In this document: positions 26,848-35,185 of the stretch, one piece after another
Layout of the letters: every line of letters starts with the position of its first letter
Position numbering within the stretch: position 1 is the first letter of the stretch
DNA from: a virus
Taxonomy: Duplodnaviria > Caudoviricetes
DNA: 62,841 nt
Virus record (IMG/VR): IMGVR_UViG_3300035181_001319
Span: 1 to 62,841 of that record
Direction: 5' to 3' (one strand)
Notes under the pieces: model-generated
Database searches by the model: none
What the model saw: the letters and a program-made list of their open reading frames with translations, nothing else
Told to the model about the DNA's origin: nothing
Translations under genes and position numbers: made by a program

Positions 26848-27333
26848 AGGTGCGTCGGTTTAGAGGTTGGTAGAGAGGGGAAACCTGACCGACGCACCTT
26901 GAGGATTGCCGACAGTAAGGGGTGCTTCCGTAAGTGTCTGTTTTTATTGCCTTTTGACTCGGCCGACCGTGAAAAACGACAAAAAGTGTTTATGATGTGT
27001 GGGCACGTGTGTGCGTATGCGTCATACATTAATTTTCATTTAAGGTAGGTCGGTATAGTCGAAGGTAGCAAAAACAGGCACTTAGACAGTTTTCAAGGTC
27101 GGCTTTCCATGGTTAAGGTGCGTCGATTTTCTTCAAGGTGCGTCGGTGGTTTTTTGCCCTTGAAGCTCTGAGACAAGCACTGGTCGATTTTTGGTATTGC
27201 TGGGTGTGGATGGTCTACCCACGCCATCAGCTCACAAGTCGCCAAAAACCCATGCTTCAAGCATGAAAAGTTGCCCACGTACACACGGCTTGTGCAAGTT
27301 AGCTAGCCGTGCGACGCACCTAAGGTGCGTCGC
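26848..27333. repeat. six AGGTGCGTCG repeats plus an inverted repeat; candidate replication origin or operator array
   Basis: Copies at 26848(+), 26890(-), 27116(+), 27136(+), 27312(-), 27323(+). Confidence 0.65.
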
Positions 27334-27346
27334 TCCAGCGTGTTGT

Positions 27347-27907
27347 TCATGCTTGGCCAGCCGGCTCTTTCGGCACTTCGGTGCTGGACTTAGCGGCTTG
27401 AGCCGCTGCAACCACTTGCTTGATCGCCGCCGGTTTCCGCCGAGCCGGGACGTTCACACCATCACGGCGCAGGTCCATCGCGATGCTGGCAACCGACCGT
27501 TCGGTCGTCTTGGCATCCCAGTAAGTGTCCCGCACCGTCTTGACGATGTCCTTGTAAGGCATTTCGGTCTGGAGCAAGTCCATCACCATCACACCGATCG
27601 CCCCACGCGGCGACTTGGGCCGGTTTGTTTCAAGGGCGACCGGCATTTCGGCCGGTTTTTCGGCACCAGTGTCCGGCTCGTCCGTGCTCGGCGCCAAGTT
27701 GGGCAGCTGCTCCGACACATCATCGTCGGCATACTGGGGATCGCTCGCCGGCGGCAAGTTCGGCTCGGCTGCTTCGGGCTCTTCGTAATACGTCTTCAGC
27801 AGCGTCTCAAGGTCCGAGCGGCTGCGCTTCCAAGAGTCAAGCGGTTGCTTGCCCTCAAGGATACGATAGCCATTCAGGTGCTGCAGCAGTTCTTTGGTCG
27901 GGATCAT
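27347..27907 (-). CDS. HTH-like paralog family protein
   Basis: AAGGAG RBS; YKDIVKTVRDTYWDAKTTERSVASIAMDLRRDG. Confidence 0.7.
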   Translation of the reverse strand: MIPTKELLQHLNGYRILEGKQPLDSWKRSRSDLETLLKTYYEEPEAAEPNLPPASDPQYADDDVSEQLPNLAPSTDEPDTGAEKPAEMPVALETNRPKSPRGAIGVMVMDLLQTEMPYKDIVKTVRDTYWDAKTTERSVASIAMDLRRDGVNVPARRKPAAIKQVVAAAQAAKSSTEVPKEPAGQA

Positions 27908-28017
27908 GACAGTCTCCTTTGGGTTGATCGTGATTTCACAGTATCACACTTTCTCAGGCTTGTGTCATTGCTTCAGTCAAACGACACAAATGTGATTGAC
28001 TGAAGCAATGTTCCATG

Positions 28018-28239
28018 CTAGTCCTGCATGAACCGCTCGAGGGCAGCAGACAGGTCTTCCACAGTGCCGTCGGGAAGCAGTCCCCACACGCGACCCCACT
28101 GGTCGGCATAGGCCTTGCCCTTGTAGTGGGGGTAGTCATTCGACTGAGCCAAGGGGCTGACCAGTCGTTGCTTGTGATCCAGCACAGTGTTCTCGTCAAG
28201 GATTTGCTTGGACCGGTCGTGGCGTTCAATGAGGTTCAT
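28018..28239 (-). CDS. hypothetical protein downstream of hammerhead 1
   Basis: GGAG RBS at the 3' end of the ribozyme repeat; MNLIERHD... Confidence 0.6.
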   Translation of the reverse strand: MNLIERHDRSKQILDENTVLDHKQRLVSPLAQSNDYPHYKGKAYADQWGRVWGLLPDGTVEDLSAALERFMQD

Positions 28240-28250
28240 GGGTCTTCTCC

Positions 28251-28316
28251 AGTGGCTTGGCATCATCAGTGTGGGGAGAGCCACTCCCGCACAGACTGGC
28301 TTACGCCAGTTTCGCC
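28251..28316 (-). ncRNA. type II hammerhead ribozyme, copy 1
   Basis: GGC-GAAA-CTGGC-GTAA-GCCAG-TC^TGTG...CACA-CTGATGA-T-GCC; pseudoknot AGTGGCT/AGCCACT. Confidence 0.85.
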
Positions 28317-28477
28317 TACTGGTTCAAATCAAGGGGACTTTCCACTTTGTGAACCAGACTGGACAGGGTGTCAAGCACCATGTCAAAGTCGGAACTTTTT
28401 GCTGCCAGCTTCATGACAGCTTGCAAGACGGTCAGTTCTTCTTGCGTGAGGTTGAGTTGAAAGGGCTCTTCATACAT
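28316..28477 (-). CDS. hypothetical protein between hammerheads 2 and 1
   Basis: GGAG RBS from the repeat; MYEEPFQLNL... Confidence 0.6.
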   Translation of the reverse strand: MYEEPFQLNLTQEELTVLQAVMKLAAKSSDFDMVLDTLSSLVHKVESPLDLNQ

Positions 28478-28488
28478 TGAAAGTCTCC

Positions 28489-28555
28489 AGTGGCTTGACA
28501 TCATCAGTGTGGGGAGAGCCACTCCCGCACAGAAGGGCTTACGCCCTTTTCGTCA
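28489..28555 (-). ncRNA. type II hammerhead ribozyme, copy 2
   Basis: TGAC-GAAA-AGGGC-GTAA-GCCCT-TC^TGTG...CACA-CTGATGA-T-GTCA; compensatory changes relative to copies 1 and 3. Confidence 0.85.
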
Positions 28556-28712
28556 GTTCAGGGAAGAGCTTGAAGACCAGCTCGTTGAAGGCCACTTCAT
28601 CGTAGTAGCCGTGGCCCAGTTCGTCGTTGTGCCAGTGGAACTCAATGAGGGTCCTCAGCACCACACACTCTTCAGGGGTAAGCCCCTCGATCAGCGAAGG
28701 ATCGTCATTCAT
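28539..28712 (-). CDS. 57-aa hypothetical protein (not in ORF track)
   Basis: MNDDPSLIEGLTPEEC...; ATGA-coupled. Its stop TAA lies in the stem III loop of hammerhead 2. Confidence 0.55.
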   Translation of the reverse strand: MNDDPSLIEGLTPEECVVLRTLIEFHWHNDELGHGYYDEVAFNELVFKLFPELTKRA

Positions 28713-28966
28713 TCCCCATACCCCTTTGCCACCAGCTGCTCATCCACTTTGAGGAACTTGCACATCTTCTTGGCTTGTGACAGGAGGATCGTGGCGTTCA
28801 CGACATGGCCCCAGTTGATGTTTGCTATCATAAGCGGGGTGTCATAGTCCAGTTTCTCGAGGACAAGGGCAAGTCGGATGCGGAGCTCATTGCTGGCCGT
28901 GTTGTAGGCTTCGTGGGCTGTGGGCTTGTCATTGAACTCGGAAATCAATTCGTCAATCTTCTTCAT
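28709..28966 (-). CDS. hypothetical protein downstream of hammerhead 3
   Basis: GGAG RBS from the repeat; MKKIDELISE... Confidence 0.6.
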   Translation of the reverse strand: MKKIDELISEFNDKPTAHEAYNTASNELRIRLALVLEKLDYDTPLMIANINWGHVVNATILLSQAKKMCKFLKVDEQLVAKGYGE

Positions 28967-28977
28967 GGGTAGTCTCC

Positions 28978-29044
28978 AGTGGCTTGGCATCATCAGTGTG
29001 GGGAGAGCCACTCCCTCACAGACTGGCTTGCGCCAGTTTCGCCA
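28978..29044 (-). ncRNA. type II hammerhead ribozyme, copy 3
   Basis: TGGC-GAAA-CTGGC-GCAA-GCCAG-TC^TGTG...CACA-CTGATGA-T-GCCA. Confidence 0.85.
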
Positions 29045-29045
29045 G

Positions 29046-29294
29046 TCATGCACTGTGTATGTTGCAGTCTTTCCACACCCCATCGGCATAGGTTTTCAGC
29101 CAGATGGAGGAGTGACGAATGGAGGGAAAACAGCCGGGCAAGTTGGAGTAGCGGGCAAACTTGACAATGCTGCCACAACCTGCAGCTTCTACCACCTGCC
29201 GCGCCTCCTCTTCGCTGGAGTAGTCTGCTTCTGCCCTTGTCTCCGCGTAGCGAAGGGGTTCATAACTCGTGACCTGATAGATGGGGGCATACAT
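29046..29294 (-). CDS. hypothetical protein
   Basis: ORF in the early operon. Confidence 0.55.
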   Translation of the reverse strand: MYAPIYQVTSYEPLRYAETRAEADYSSEEEARQVVEAAGCGSIVKFARYSNLPGCFPSIRHSSIWLKTYADGVWKDCNIHSA

Positions 29295-29306
29295 GGGGAA
29301 GGCCTT

Positions 29307-29510
29307 TCAGATAAGGGACGGGGGACCGACTTGATAGACCATGTAGTCATGCAGCCTACCAAGCCAATGGACATCGTCGTCATGGCTGTCGAGAGCCTGT
29401 GAGATACACTCGATCTCGAGGGCAAGGCACTCCTTGACTGAAAAGGGCTCCATACCCTCAATGGCCCATGTCTCCACAAGGACCCGCTCATACTTGCGTT
29501 TGTTGTCCAT
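29307..29510 (-). CDS. hypothetical protein
   Basis: ORF in the early operon. Confidence 0.5.
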   Translation of the reverse strand: MDNKRKYERVLVETWAIEGMEPFSVKECLALEIECISQALDSHDDDVHWLGRLHDYMVYQVGPPSLI

Positions 29511-29511
29511 T

Positions 29512-29778
29512 TCAGATAAGGGACAGCTGGAATTCAGGAGCTTCGAAGATGGGGAACATGGAGAGTTGGTCCTCGACAGGCTGAGAAATCACTGCCCTTG
29601 CCGAGGCAGCTGCAAGCTTGCCCGCCTTGCGAAAGTCGCGGGCCAAGGAGGCGACAGACTTGTGAGTGGTCTGCGCGGAGGGAAAGTATTCGCGAACCTT
29701 GTCTGCGATGTCTTTGTAGTCATGAGCCCCCTGCGACAGGAGATCGAGAACGCAAACGCTGATGTTACGATAGGTCAT
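29512..29778 (-). CDS. HTH-like paralog family protein
   Basis: GGAG RBS; YKDIADKVREYFPSAQTTHKSVASLARDFRKAG. Confidence 0.7.
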   Translation of the reverse strand: MTYRNISVCVLDLLSQGAHDYKDIADKVREYFPSAQTTHKSVASLARDFRKAGKLAAASARAVISQPVEDQLSMFPIFEAPEFQLSLI

Positions 29779-29837
29779 GATTGATTGCTCCACTAAAGCC
29801 CACCACCGCGGTGGGCTTAAGATATTCAACCTTTTAA

Positions 29838-30128
29838 TCAGAAGTTGACCGACTGACAGGCAACTTTGATAGATACCATTTTTCTTCTAAGGTCATCAGT
29901 CATGACTACCTGTCTAGACCAGTATGTGACTTTATTGTCACAGACCGTGATTTCTTTTTCGACTTGATAGGCTTGATCAAAGTCATCTCGGACCGAGATA
30001 GACAGTCTATCCAATAGACACCTATTCCTATAATGGTTAAGGTAAAATTGTACTATCTTGTCTTGACTTGGTACTCCTCCGGAGTATGGTTTCCTGGCTA
30101 CCCAGGAGGTATCATATATGTATGCCAT
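29838..30128 (-). CDS. hypothetical protein, first gene of the leftward arm
   Basis: AT-rich ORF. Confidence 0.55.
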   Translation of the reverse strand: MAYIYDTSWVARKPYSGGVPSQDKIVQFYLNHYRNRCLLDRLSISVRDDFDQAYQVEKEITVCDNKVTYWSRQVVMTDDLRRKMVSIKVACQSVNF

Positions 30129-30179
30129 GATGTGTTAGTCTCTTGGTTCTACTGTGTGACTGGTCTGTCGTCTGTTTCA

Positions 30180-30458
30180 TCGTTCGTATATATAAATTAG
30201 CCTGATTTCATTGCGAAGTACACACTGGCACCGGGGTCTCTGGGTGTCCTGTATGAAGGTTTTTACCTCAACTTTTCCCCAGACTTGTCAAAAAGCCCCT
30301 TGTCAAAAATAAAAATGGAAATTTGGCCTCAACTTTTCCCCAAACTGTATAACTGACAACAAGCTTAAGAACCTTGATGGCACAAAACACACCTCAAACA
30401 TTATAAGCTGATCAAGCTGACTGTCAAACATCCAAAAACCGGCAAAGGTTACACACGC
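30180..30458. promoter_or_regulatory. divergent AT-rich intergenic region with direct repeats; candidate packaging/terminus and late promoter region
   Basis: CCTCAACTTTTCCCCA at 30266 and 30327; CTTGTCAAAAA twice; point of strand switch. Confidence 0.5.
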
Positions 30459-30800
30459 ATGAGAATAAAATCGACGCACCTTGTAATCTTGGCCCTGTTA
30501 TGGGCTCCGAGTCCGTCCCTGGCCGAAAATTGGACGGTATCCTACTACAAACATGGCAAAATTACTGCCAATGGAGAGGCTTTTGACCCTATGGGCGCAA
30601 CCTGTGCGCACAGAAGCCTTCCCTTTGGCGCTCTACTGCGCCTCACAGCCTCCGACGGGACTTCGGTGATCTGTCGTGTGAATGACAGAGGCCCGTTTGT
30701 TCCGGGACGGGAGCTCGACGTCTCATTAGGGCTTGCCCAAATGCTTGGAATGCTTACAGTAGGGGTTATGCATCTAGACATAACGCGCGTAGGAGGGTAA
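30459..30800 (+). CDS. RlpA-like (DPBB) lytic transglycosylase with signal peptide
   Basis: SYY...TANGE.FD...TCAHRSLPFG...VNDRGPF...R.LDVS. Confidence 0.85.
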   Translation: MRIKSTHLVILALLWAPSPSLAENWTVSYYKHGKITANGEAFDPMGATCAHRSLPFGALLRLTASDGTSVICRVNDRGPFVPGRELDVSLGLAQMLGMLTVGVMHLDITRVGG

Positions 30801-31058
30801 ATGTCCCGTACTTTTCACTTCAGAGCCAACACCCATCACGTCACCTGTGACACTGCCGAGGAGGCCTATGCTTCTGGGTATGAAATAGGCAAGTCCTGGA
30901 CGGCCAAGTATCGTCCCGGGGGGCCCTGGATGCCTACGTCCAACCACATGAGTGACCAGGGGTGGTTCGAATACTGTGTGGCCATGACCGAGAATAACGC
31001 CCAGTGGCTCAAGGGCTTTGATGCCGGAAAGGAAGCTCAAAATGCCCGCACTTTTTGA
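30801..31058 (+). CDS. hypothetical protein
   Basis: AGGAGG RBS. Confidence 0.6.
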   Translation: MSRTFHFRANTHHVTCDTAEEAYASGYEIGKSWTAKYRPGGPWMPTSNHMSDQGWFEYCVAMTENNAQWLKGFDAGKEAQNARTF

Positions 31059-31350
31059 GTCCACACTGCCTCCAGCCAAGGAGCAAACCTCTGCTGCTCC
31101 GCTGACTGAAGAAGAAGTGATCAAAGCCACATGGGACAAAGTGCATCCCCAGGGGCTCAGCTTTTTGCTACGGACTGGCTGTCTCAAGCAAATGCCAGCT
31201 GGCTCAAGACCTGCTAAGCTCATTATGACAGAGATCGGGGTCACTGCGGATGGTGTCGAGTACCTGGTGCGGTTTGACCTGCACGAGAATAGGGAAGTGA
31301 CGGGCACCTACAAGGACACAAGCATTTTTGTGTACCGTCCTGTGGGCTAG
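31042..31350 (+). CDS. hypothetical protein
   Basis: AAGGA RBS. Confidence 0.55.
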   Translation: MPALFESTLPPAKEQTSAAPLTEEEVIKATWDKVHPQGLSFLLRTGCLKQMPAGSRPAKLIMTEIGVTADGVEYLVRFDLHENREVTGTYKDTSIFVYRPVG

Positions 31351-31432
31351 TACGCTTGTATGGCCGTCCCTGTAAGGGTTAAAGGGCCCTTGCAAACTGC
31401 TGGTCGACTCGCGTGGGTGCGCATGTCACCTT

Positions 31433-32113
31433 ATGAGCATCATGACCCAGCAAACACCTCCTCTTTCTCGCAACAGTGCCATCGACGCGGAGCTTTCCGA
31501 CGACGATGTTGAAGCCATTGGCGATGCCGCGCTCGGGATACTCCCGGGCGATGGTGCAGGCATGGATGCCAAAGAACAGGACGAAGTGCGGGAAGTGACG
31601 CGTCAGCGCATGATCCGCATCGGGGCCAAGCTGACTGCCAAACAGGCATTCAGCGATCGGCGCAAGTCCACTTTCATCCGCACCCTGGCGACCACGGGCA
31701 TTGTAGCTCGTGCTGCTACTGCTGCGGGCTGGAGCTCCAGTCAAGCACATAGTCTGCGCAAGTCGGACCCTGAGTTTGCAGAGATGTGGATCAATGCAAT
31801 CGACTTTGCAACCGATGCACTTGAAGAAGCCGCACGTACCAGGGCCGTTGAGGGCATGGTCAAGCCGGTGTTCCAGCAAGGGCGTCTGGTGGGCTACGTC
31901 AAGGAATACTCGGACGCCCTTCTGACCACATTGCTGAAGGCCAAGCGCCCGAAGGAGTTCCGGGACAACATCAGCGTGGATGCAGAGGTCAAGGGCGGCG
32001 TGCTTATCGTACCCGGGGTATCTTCTGCAGAGGCCTGGGAACAAGCAGCTCGTGTAAACCAGGCACCCCATCGTACTCACAGTAGCGAAGAGGAGCCTGG
32101 TCCTCTCGCGTAG
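31433..32113 (+). CDS. terS: terminase small subunit
   Basis: FIRTLATTGIVARAA...DPEFAEMW...LEEAARTRAVEG...YSDALL..LLKAKRP.EF. Confidence 0.75.
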   Translation: MSIMTQQTPPLSRNSAIDAELSDDDVEAIGDAALGILPGDGAGMDAKEQDEVREVTRQRMIRIGAKLTAKQAFSDRRKSTFIRTLATTGIVARAATAAGWSSSQAHSLRKSDPEFAEMWINAIDFATDALEEAARTRAVEGMVKPVFQQGRLVGYVKEYSDALLTTLLKAKRPKEFRDNISVDAEVKGGVLIVPGVSSAEAWEQAARVNQAPHRTHSSEEEPGPLA

Positions 32114-32125
32114 AGGAGCAAGGCT

Positions 32126-32683
32126 ATGCGGCTTTCTGTTGACAAGCGTGACAAGGGCTATCGGTTCGACCTGGTCAAGAACAAGTGTGTGATCTATTTC
32201 AACGACCAGGCCAGGACCGATGTGATCACGGCCGACGAAGAAGAGGGGATGATTATCACCTATGTCCCCGACGTCGAAAATGGTGGAAAGCCCAAAATCA
32301 ATGAAGAGAAGACGGCCTACTTGACCCAGATCCATCGTGGGCGCGTCCGCATTGAGATCAATGATGCTGAAGGCTGCAGTATCAAGGACCCCAAGGTCAA
32401 GGCTGAGCTTGAAGATCGTGGCATCCTGATGCTGATCTATTCCAAGATGCAACCCGGGAACATTCGGCGGATGCTGGTCGAACGCAAGGCCTTCCCTGAT
32501 GAGCAGACCATGCTTTTGGCCTGTGAAGCTGCTACGGGCGCAGCAGCCGAGTATTGCTGCAACATGCATGGAGATGTCTTTGAGCCCAAAGAGGTTGCAG
32601 AGGCAGGTCTTGAAGCTGCGCGGAAGCTGCTTGCCGGCGCAAACAAGCTGCTGGCTTCCGCAGTTCGGACCACACGGCACTAA
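32126..32683 (+). CDS. hypothetical protein
   Basis: GAGGAG RBS. Confidence 0.6.
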   Translation: MRLSVDKRDKGYRFDLVKNKCVIYFNDQARTDVITADEEEGMIITYVPDVENGGKPKINEEKTAYLTQIHRGRVRIEINDAEGCSIKDPKVKAELEDRGILMLIYSKMQPGNIRRMLVERKAFPDEQTMLLACEAATGAAAEYCCNMHGDVFEPKEVAEAGLEAARKLLAGANKLLASAVRTTRH

Positions 32684-32715
32684 GGTATCACGCAACTGCA
32701 TGGGAGACCTGATCC

Positions 32716-33144
32716 ATGGCCAATGCTCTGTTTGACCCCGGCCGTGAAGGGTTTCTGGCGGGAGAAATTGACTGGGATACCGCGACCATCAAGGCAGTCT
32801 TGGTGCGCAGCTACACGTTCTCTGCTGCGCACAAGTTCGTGTCTGATGCCACGACTGCCGGTGCATCTATTGTGTCCACTTCGGCGGCCATGACCTCGAA
32901 GACGGTCACGGGTGGCATTGCCGATGCTGCTGACGTGATCTTTACCGCGGTTACCGCCGGTGCTGCAATCACAAGTATCCTGGTCTATCAGTCCAGCGCA
33001 GTTACGGGCGGTGCAGATGTTGCCGCCTCAGCGCAACGGCTTATTGCCTACTTGGACACGGCCACCGGCTTGCCTGTGACTCCCAATGGTGGTGACATCA
33101 CTATCCAGTGGGACAATACCACCAACAAAATCTTCAAACTTTAG
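32716..33144 (+). CDS. putative virion structural (fibre/decoration) protein
   Basis: Thr/Ala-rich beta protein ending LIAYLD..GLPVTPNGGDITIQW. Confidence 0.6.
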   Translation: MANALFDPGREGFLAGEIDWDTATIKAVLVRSYTFSAAHKFVSDATTAGASIVSTSAAMTSKTVTGGIADAADVIFTAVTAGAAITSILVYQSSAVTGGADVAASAQRLIAYLDTATGLPVTPNGGDITIQWDNTTNKIFKL

Positions 33145-33155
33145 AGGAGGCTGTC

Positions 33156-33617
33156 ATGCCCCAGTATACCACGACGGTCACAGCGGCCTCCAATACCACG
33201 GCTGGTACCGAAGACGCCTATGTGGAAATCTTGTTTGGCGCGTCCAGTGCTGGCCGCATCAAGCGAGTCCATGTGTCCGCGGACACTGCGGCCTCTGATG
33301 CACGCATCAAGGCCAACTTGAAGCGGACCTCTGCTGCCGGTGCCACAGGCATCGCAGGCACCTCGATACGTCGGGATGCCCAGATGCGGCTATCCAGCAC
33401 CGCCGTGGCCGTCAAGAACGGCGCAGCGGCCTTCTCCGTCGGCACCCTGGTGGACACGCCTTATGTGGCCAACTTGAACGGTCGCTCGACCTACGAATGG
33501 ATCCCCAGGAACTACATGGAAGAGCTTGTCGTGGTTGGTGCCAACCGCTTTGTGGTCGGTATCGTCTGCTCGGTGGCTTCGGTGTCTATCACTGTCACGG
33601 TTGAATGGGAAGACTGA
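33156..33617 (+). CDS. putative virion structural protein
   Basis: GAGGAGG RBS; beta-rich. Confidence 0.55.
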   Translation: MPQYTTTVTAASNTTAGTEDAYVEILFGASSAGRIKRVHVSADTAASDARIKANLKRTSAAGATGIAGTSIRRDAQMRLSSTAVAVKNGAAAFSVGTLVDTPYVANLNGRSTYEWIPRNYMEELVVVGANRFVVGIVCSVASVSITVTVEWED

Positions 33618-33620
33618 TCA

Positions 33621-34238
33621 ATGCTTATCCAGACGTTGGCACGGAGCAAGGACTTCAATGTCACCGTGACCGACGTCCCGGGTCAGCAGTCTCGTACCCA
33701 TGTTGCAGTCTGGCAGGATGATTTTGATGGAATTGGGGTTACTCAAATCAATCAGAACTTCCTGCCGACGACCTTTGAGGAAGTCGCCTCGCCCTTTTTT
33801 ATGATTGCCATGGGCGAAGAAAACGTCCTAGTGGCCCAGATTTTCTCCTATGACACAGCGTTGATTACCCACGTTGATGCCGACGCTGACAGCGAGGCCC
33901 ATATTCGGTTGATCGAGGCCGATCCGCACGGCGCTTTGGAAATAGGTGATGACTTTGACGGAGTATCTCACTTCCGACGTGACCGCACAGACGAGCCCTG
34001 GAGCATTCCGAGGTATATTATCACTGGTCAGACTGTTGATGGGGTCTCCGGTGCAGTCTTGACTGGGGTCACCGTACGGGTATATTGGGCAGACAGCGAC
34101 ACCCTTGAGCAACTTGTAGTCAGCGACGGGTCCGGCAACTTCAGCTTACCGATCTTTGACCAAAGGCCTCGTATGATTGTGGCACACTCTGGTTCGACGC
34201 CCAGTGGAGTCACACGCCGCGACATATTTGGGACCTAA
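33621..34238 (+). CDS. putative structural protein with C-terminal carboxypeptidase-regulatory-like beta domain
   Basis: ITGQTVD...LTGVTVRVY...VSDGSGNFS. Confidence 0.5.
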   Translation: MLIQTLARSKDFNVTVTDVPGQQSRTHVAVWQDDFDGIGVTQINQNFLPTTFEEVASPFFMIAMGEENVLVAQIFSYDTALITHVDADADSEAHIRLIEADPHGALEIGDDFDGVSHFRRDRTDEPWSIPRYIITGQTVDGVSGAVLTGVTVRVYWADSDTLEQLVVSDGSGNFSLPIFDQRPRMIVAHSGSTPSGVTRRDIFGT

Positions 34239-34241
34239 GTC

Positions 34242-35174
34242 ATGCCAAATGTGTTCTTGTACGATCAAACACTGCCAAGTTTGAGGCTATTTGACACAAC
34301 GTCCTCGCTCCTGCAGGGCATTTCTCCTTCATCCATTGTATCGCTTGAGGCCTTTGGGTCTCTGACTGTCAGTTTGTCTGGTAGCGGGGCTCAAATCCTA
34401 TTACCGGCAGGACTTGCATCGGCCGAGACCTTTGGGTCTGCCACCCTTGTCCCCACCTTCACTGTGCAGGCCACATCGATCGCCTCGGGGGAGGTGATCG
34501 GCTCCGCGACCATTAAGTCAGTTGTGGCGTTGAGCCCAAGTGGTATTGGATCGGCAGGGGCAATCGGGGCTCCGACACTCAAGGCCAGCTATACAATCTC
34601 CCTTACTGGGATTGCTTCGGCAGAAGCAATTGGATTGTCAGTTGTGACAGTAGGCCTTGTTCTTAACACCACAGTGCTTTATGCCGTTGCCCAGGTCCTG
34701 TTTAAGGCGCTCGGGTTCGTTTCAGTGTCTACACCTAGCTCAGCAACGCTCGAGGTCACGACCAAGAGCAACGCAGTCATGCAGATACTGGCTACCAATA
34801 CCGCAGTAGTTGTGGTATTCCAAAAAGCAACAGCCGTTGTGACGGTCTATTCGGAGGGTAACCCAGTGACAAGCGTGGTTCGTGGAAGCACTGTGGCCTT
34901 CAAGGTCAACTTTACCAACGACCTAGGTGCACCGATCAACCCCTCACAAGCCTCGGTGTTTGTGTCCTATCCCGATACCACGGGCACTCGGACCACCACT
35001 GAGATTGTGCTGATCCAATCGGGCAATGACTGGACTGCTTCCTTTGACACGGGCATATCAAAGCCAGGGGAAGTTACCTGGTCGGCCCAGACCAAACTCA
35101 CTACCCCCGCCGCAGCGGTTGACGGGTCCTTCACAGTTACGGCCAATTCGGCCAATCCTGAAAACCTTGCATAG
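34242..35174 (+). CDS. putative fibre protein with GIASAE(A/T)FG-like repeats and Ig-like C-terminus
   Basis: Repeating S/G-I-x-S-x-E-x-F/I-G units. Confidence 0.55.
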   Translation: MPNVFLYDQTLPSLRLFDTTSSLLQGISPSSIVSLEAFGSLTVSLSGSGAQILLPAGLASAETFGSATLVPTFTVQATSIASGEVIGSATIKSVVALSPSGIGSAGAIGAPTLKASYTISLTGIASAEAIGLSVVTVGLVLNTTVLYAVAQVLFKALGFVSVSTPSSATLEVTTKSNAVMQILATNTAVVVVFQKATAVVTVYSEGNPVTSVVRGSTVAFKVNFTNDLGAPINPSQASVFVSYPDTTGTRTTTEIVLIQSGNDWTASFDTGISKPGEVTWSAQTKLTTPAAAVDGSFTVTANSANPENLA

Positions 35175-35185
35175 GAGCGCCTGAT

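Noticed and set aside
26646-27284. ORFs of 127 and 63 aa in the repeat region
   Set aside because: They lack RBSs, have atypical composition and overlap the repeat array.
28018-29089. Three ORFs sharing the peptide (M/V)ALPTLMM(P/S)SHWR as a protein family, or the repeats as a CRISPR array
   Set aside because: The peptide is simply the translation of the hammerhead repeat; the true starts follow the GGAG. The spacers are unequal in length, contain genes, and there is no cas operon.
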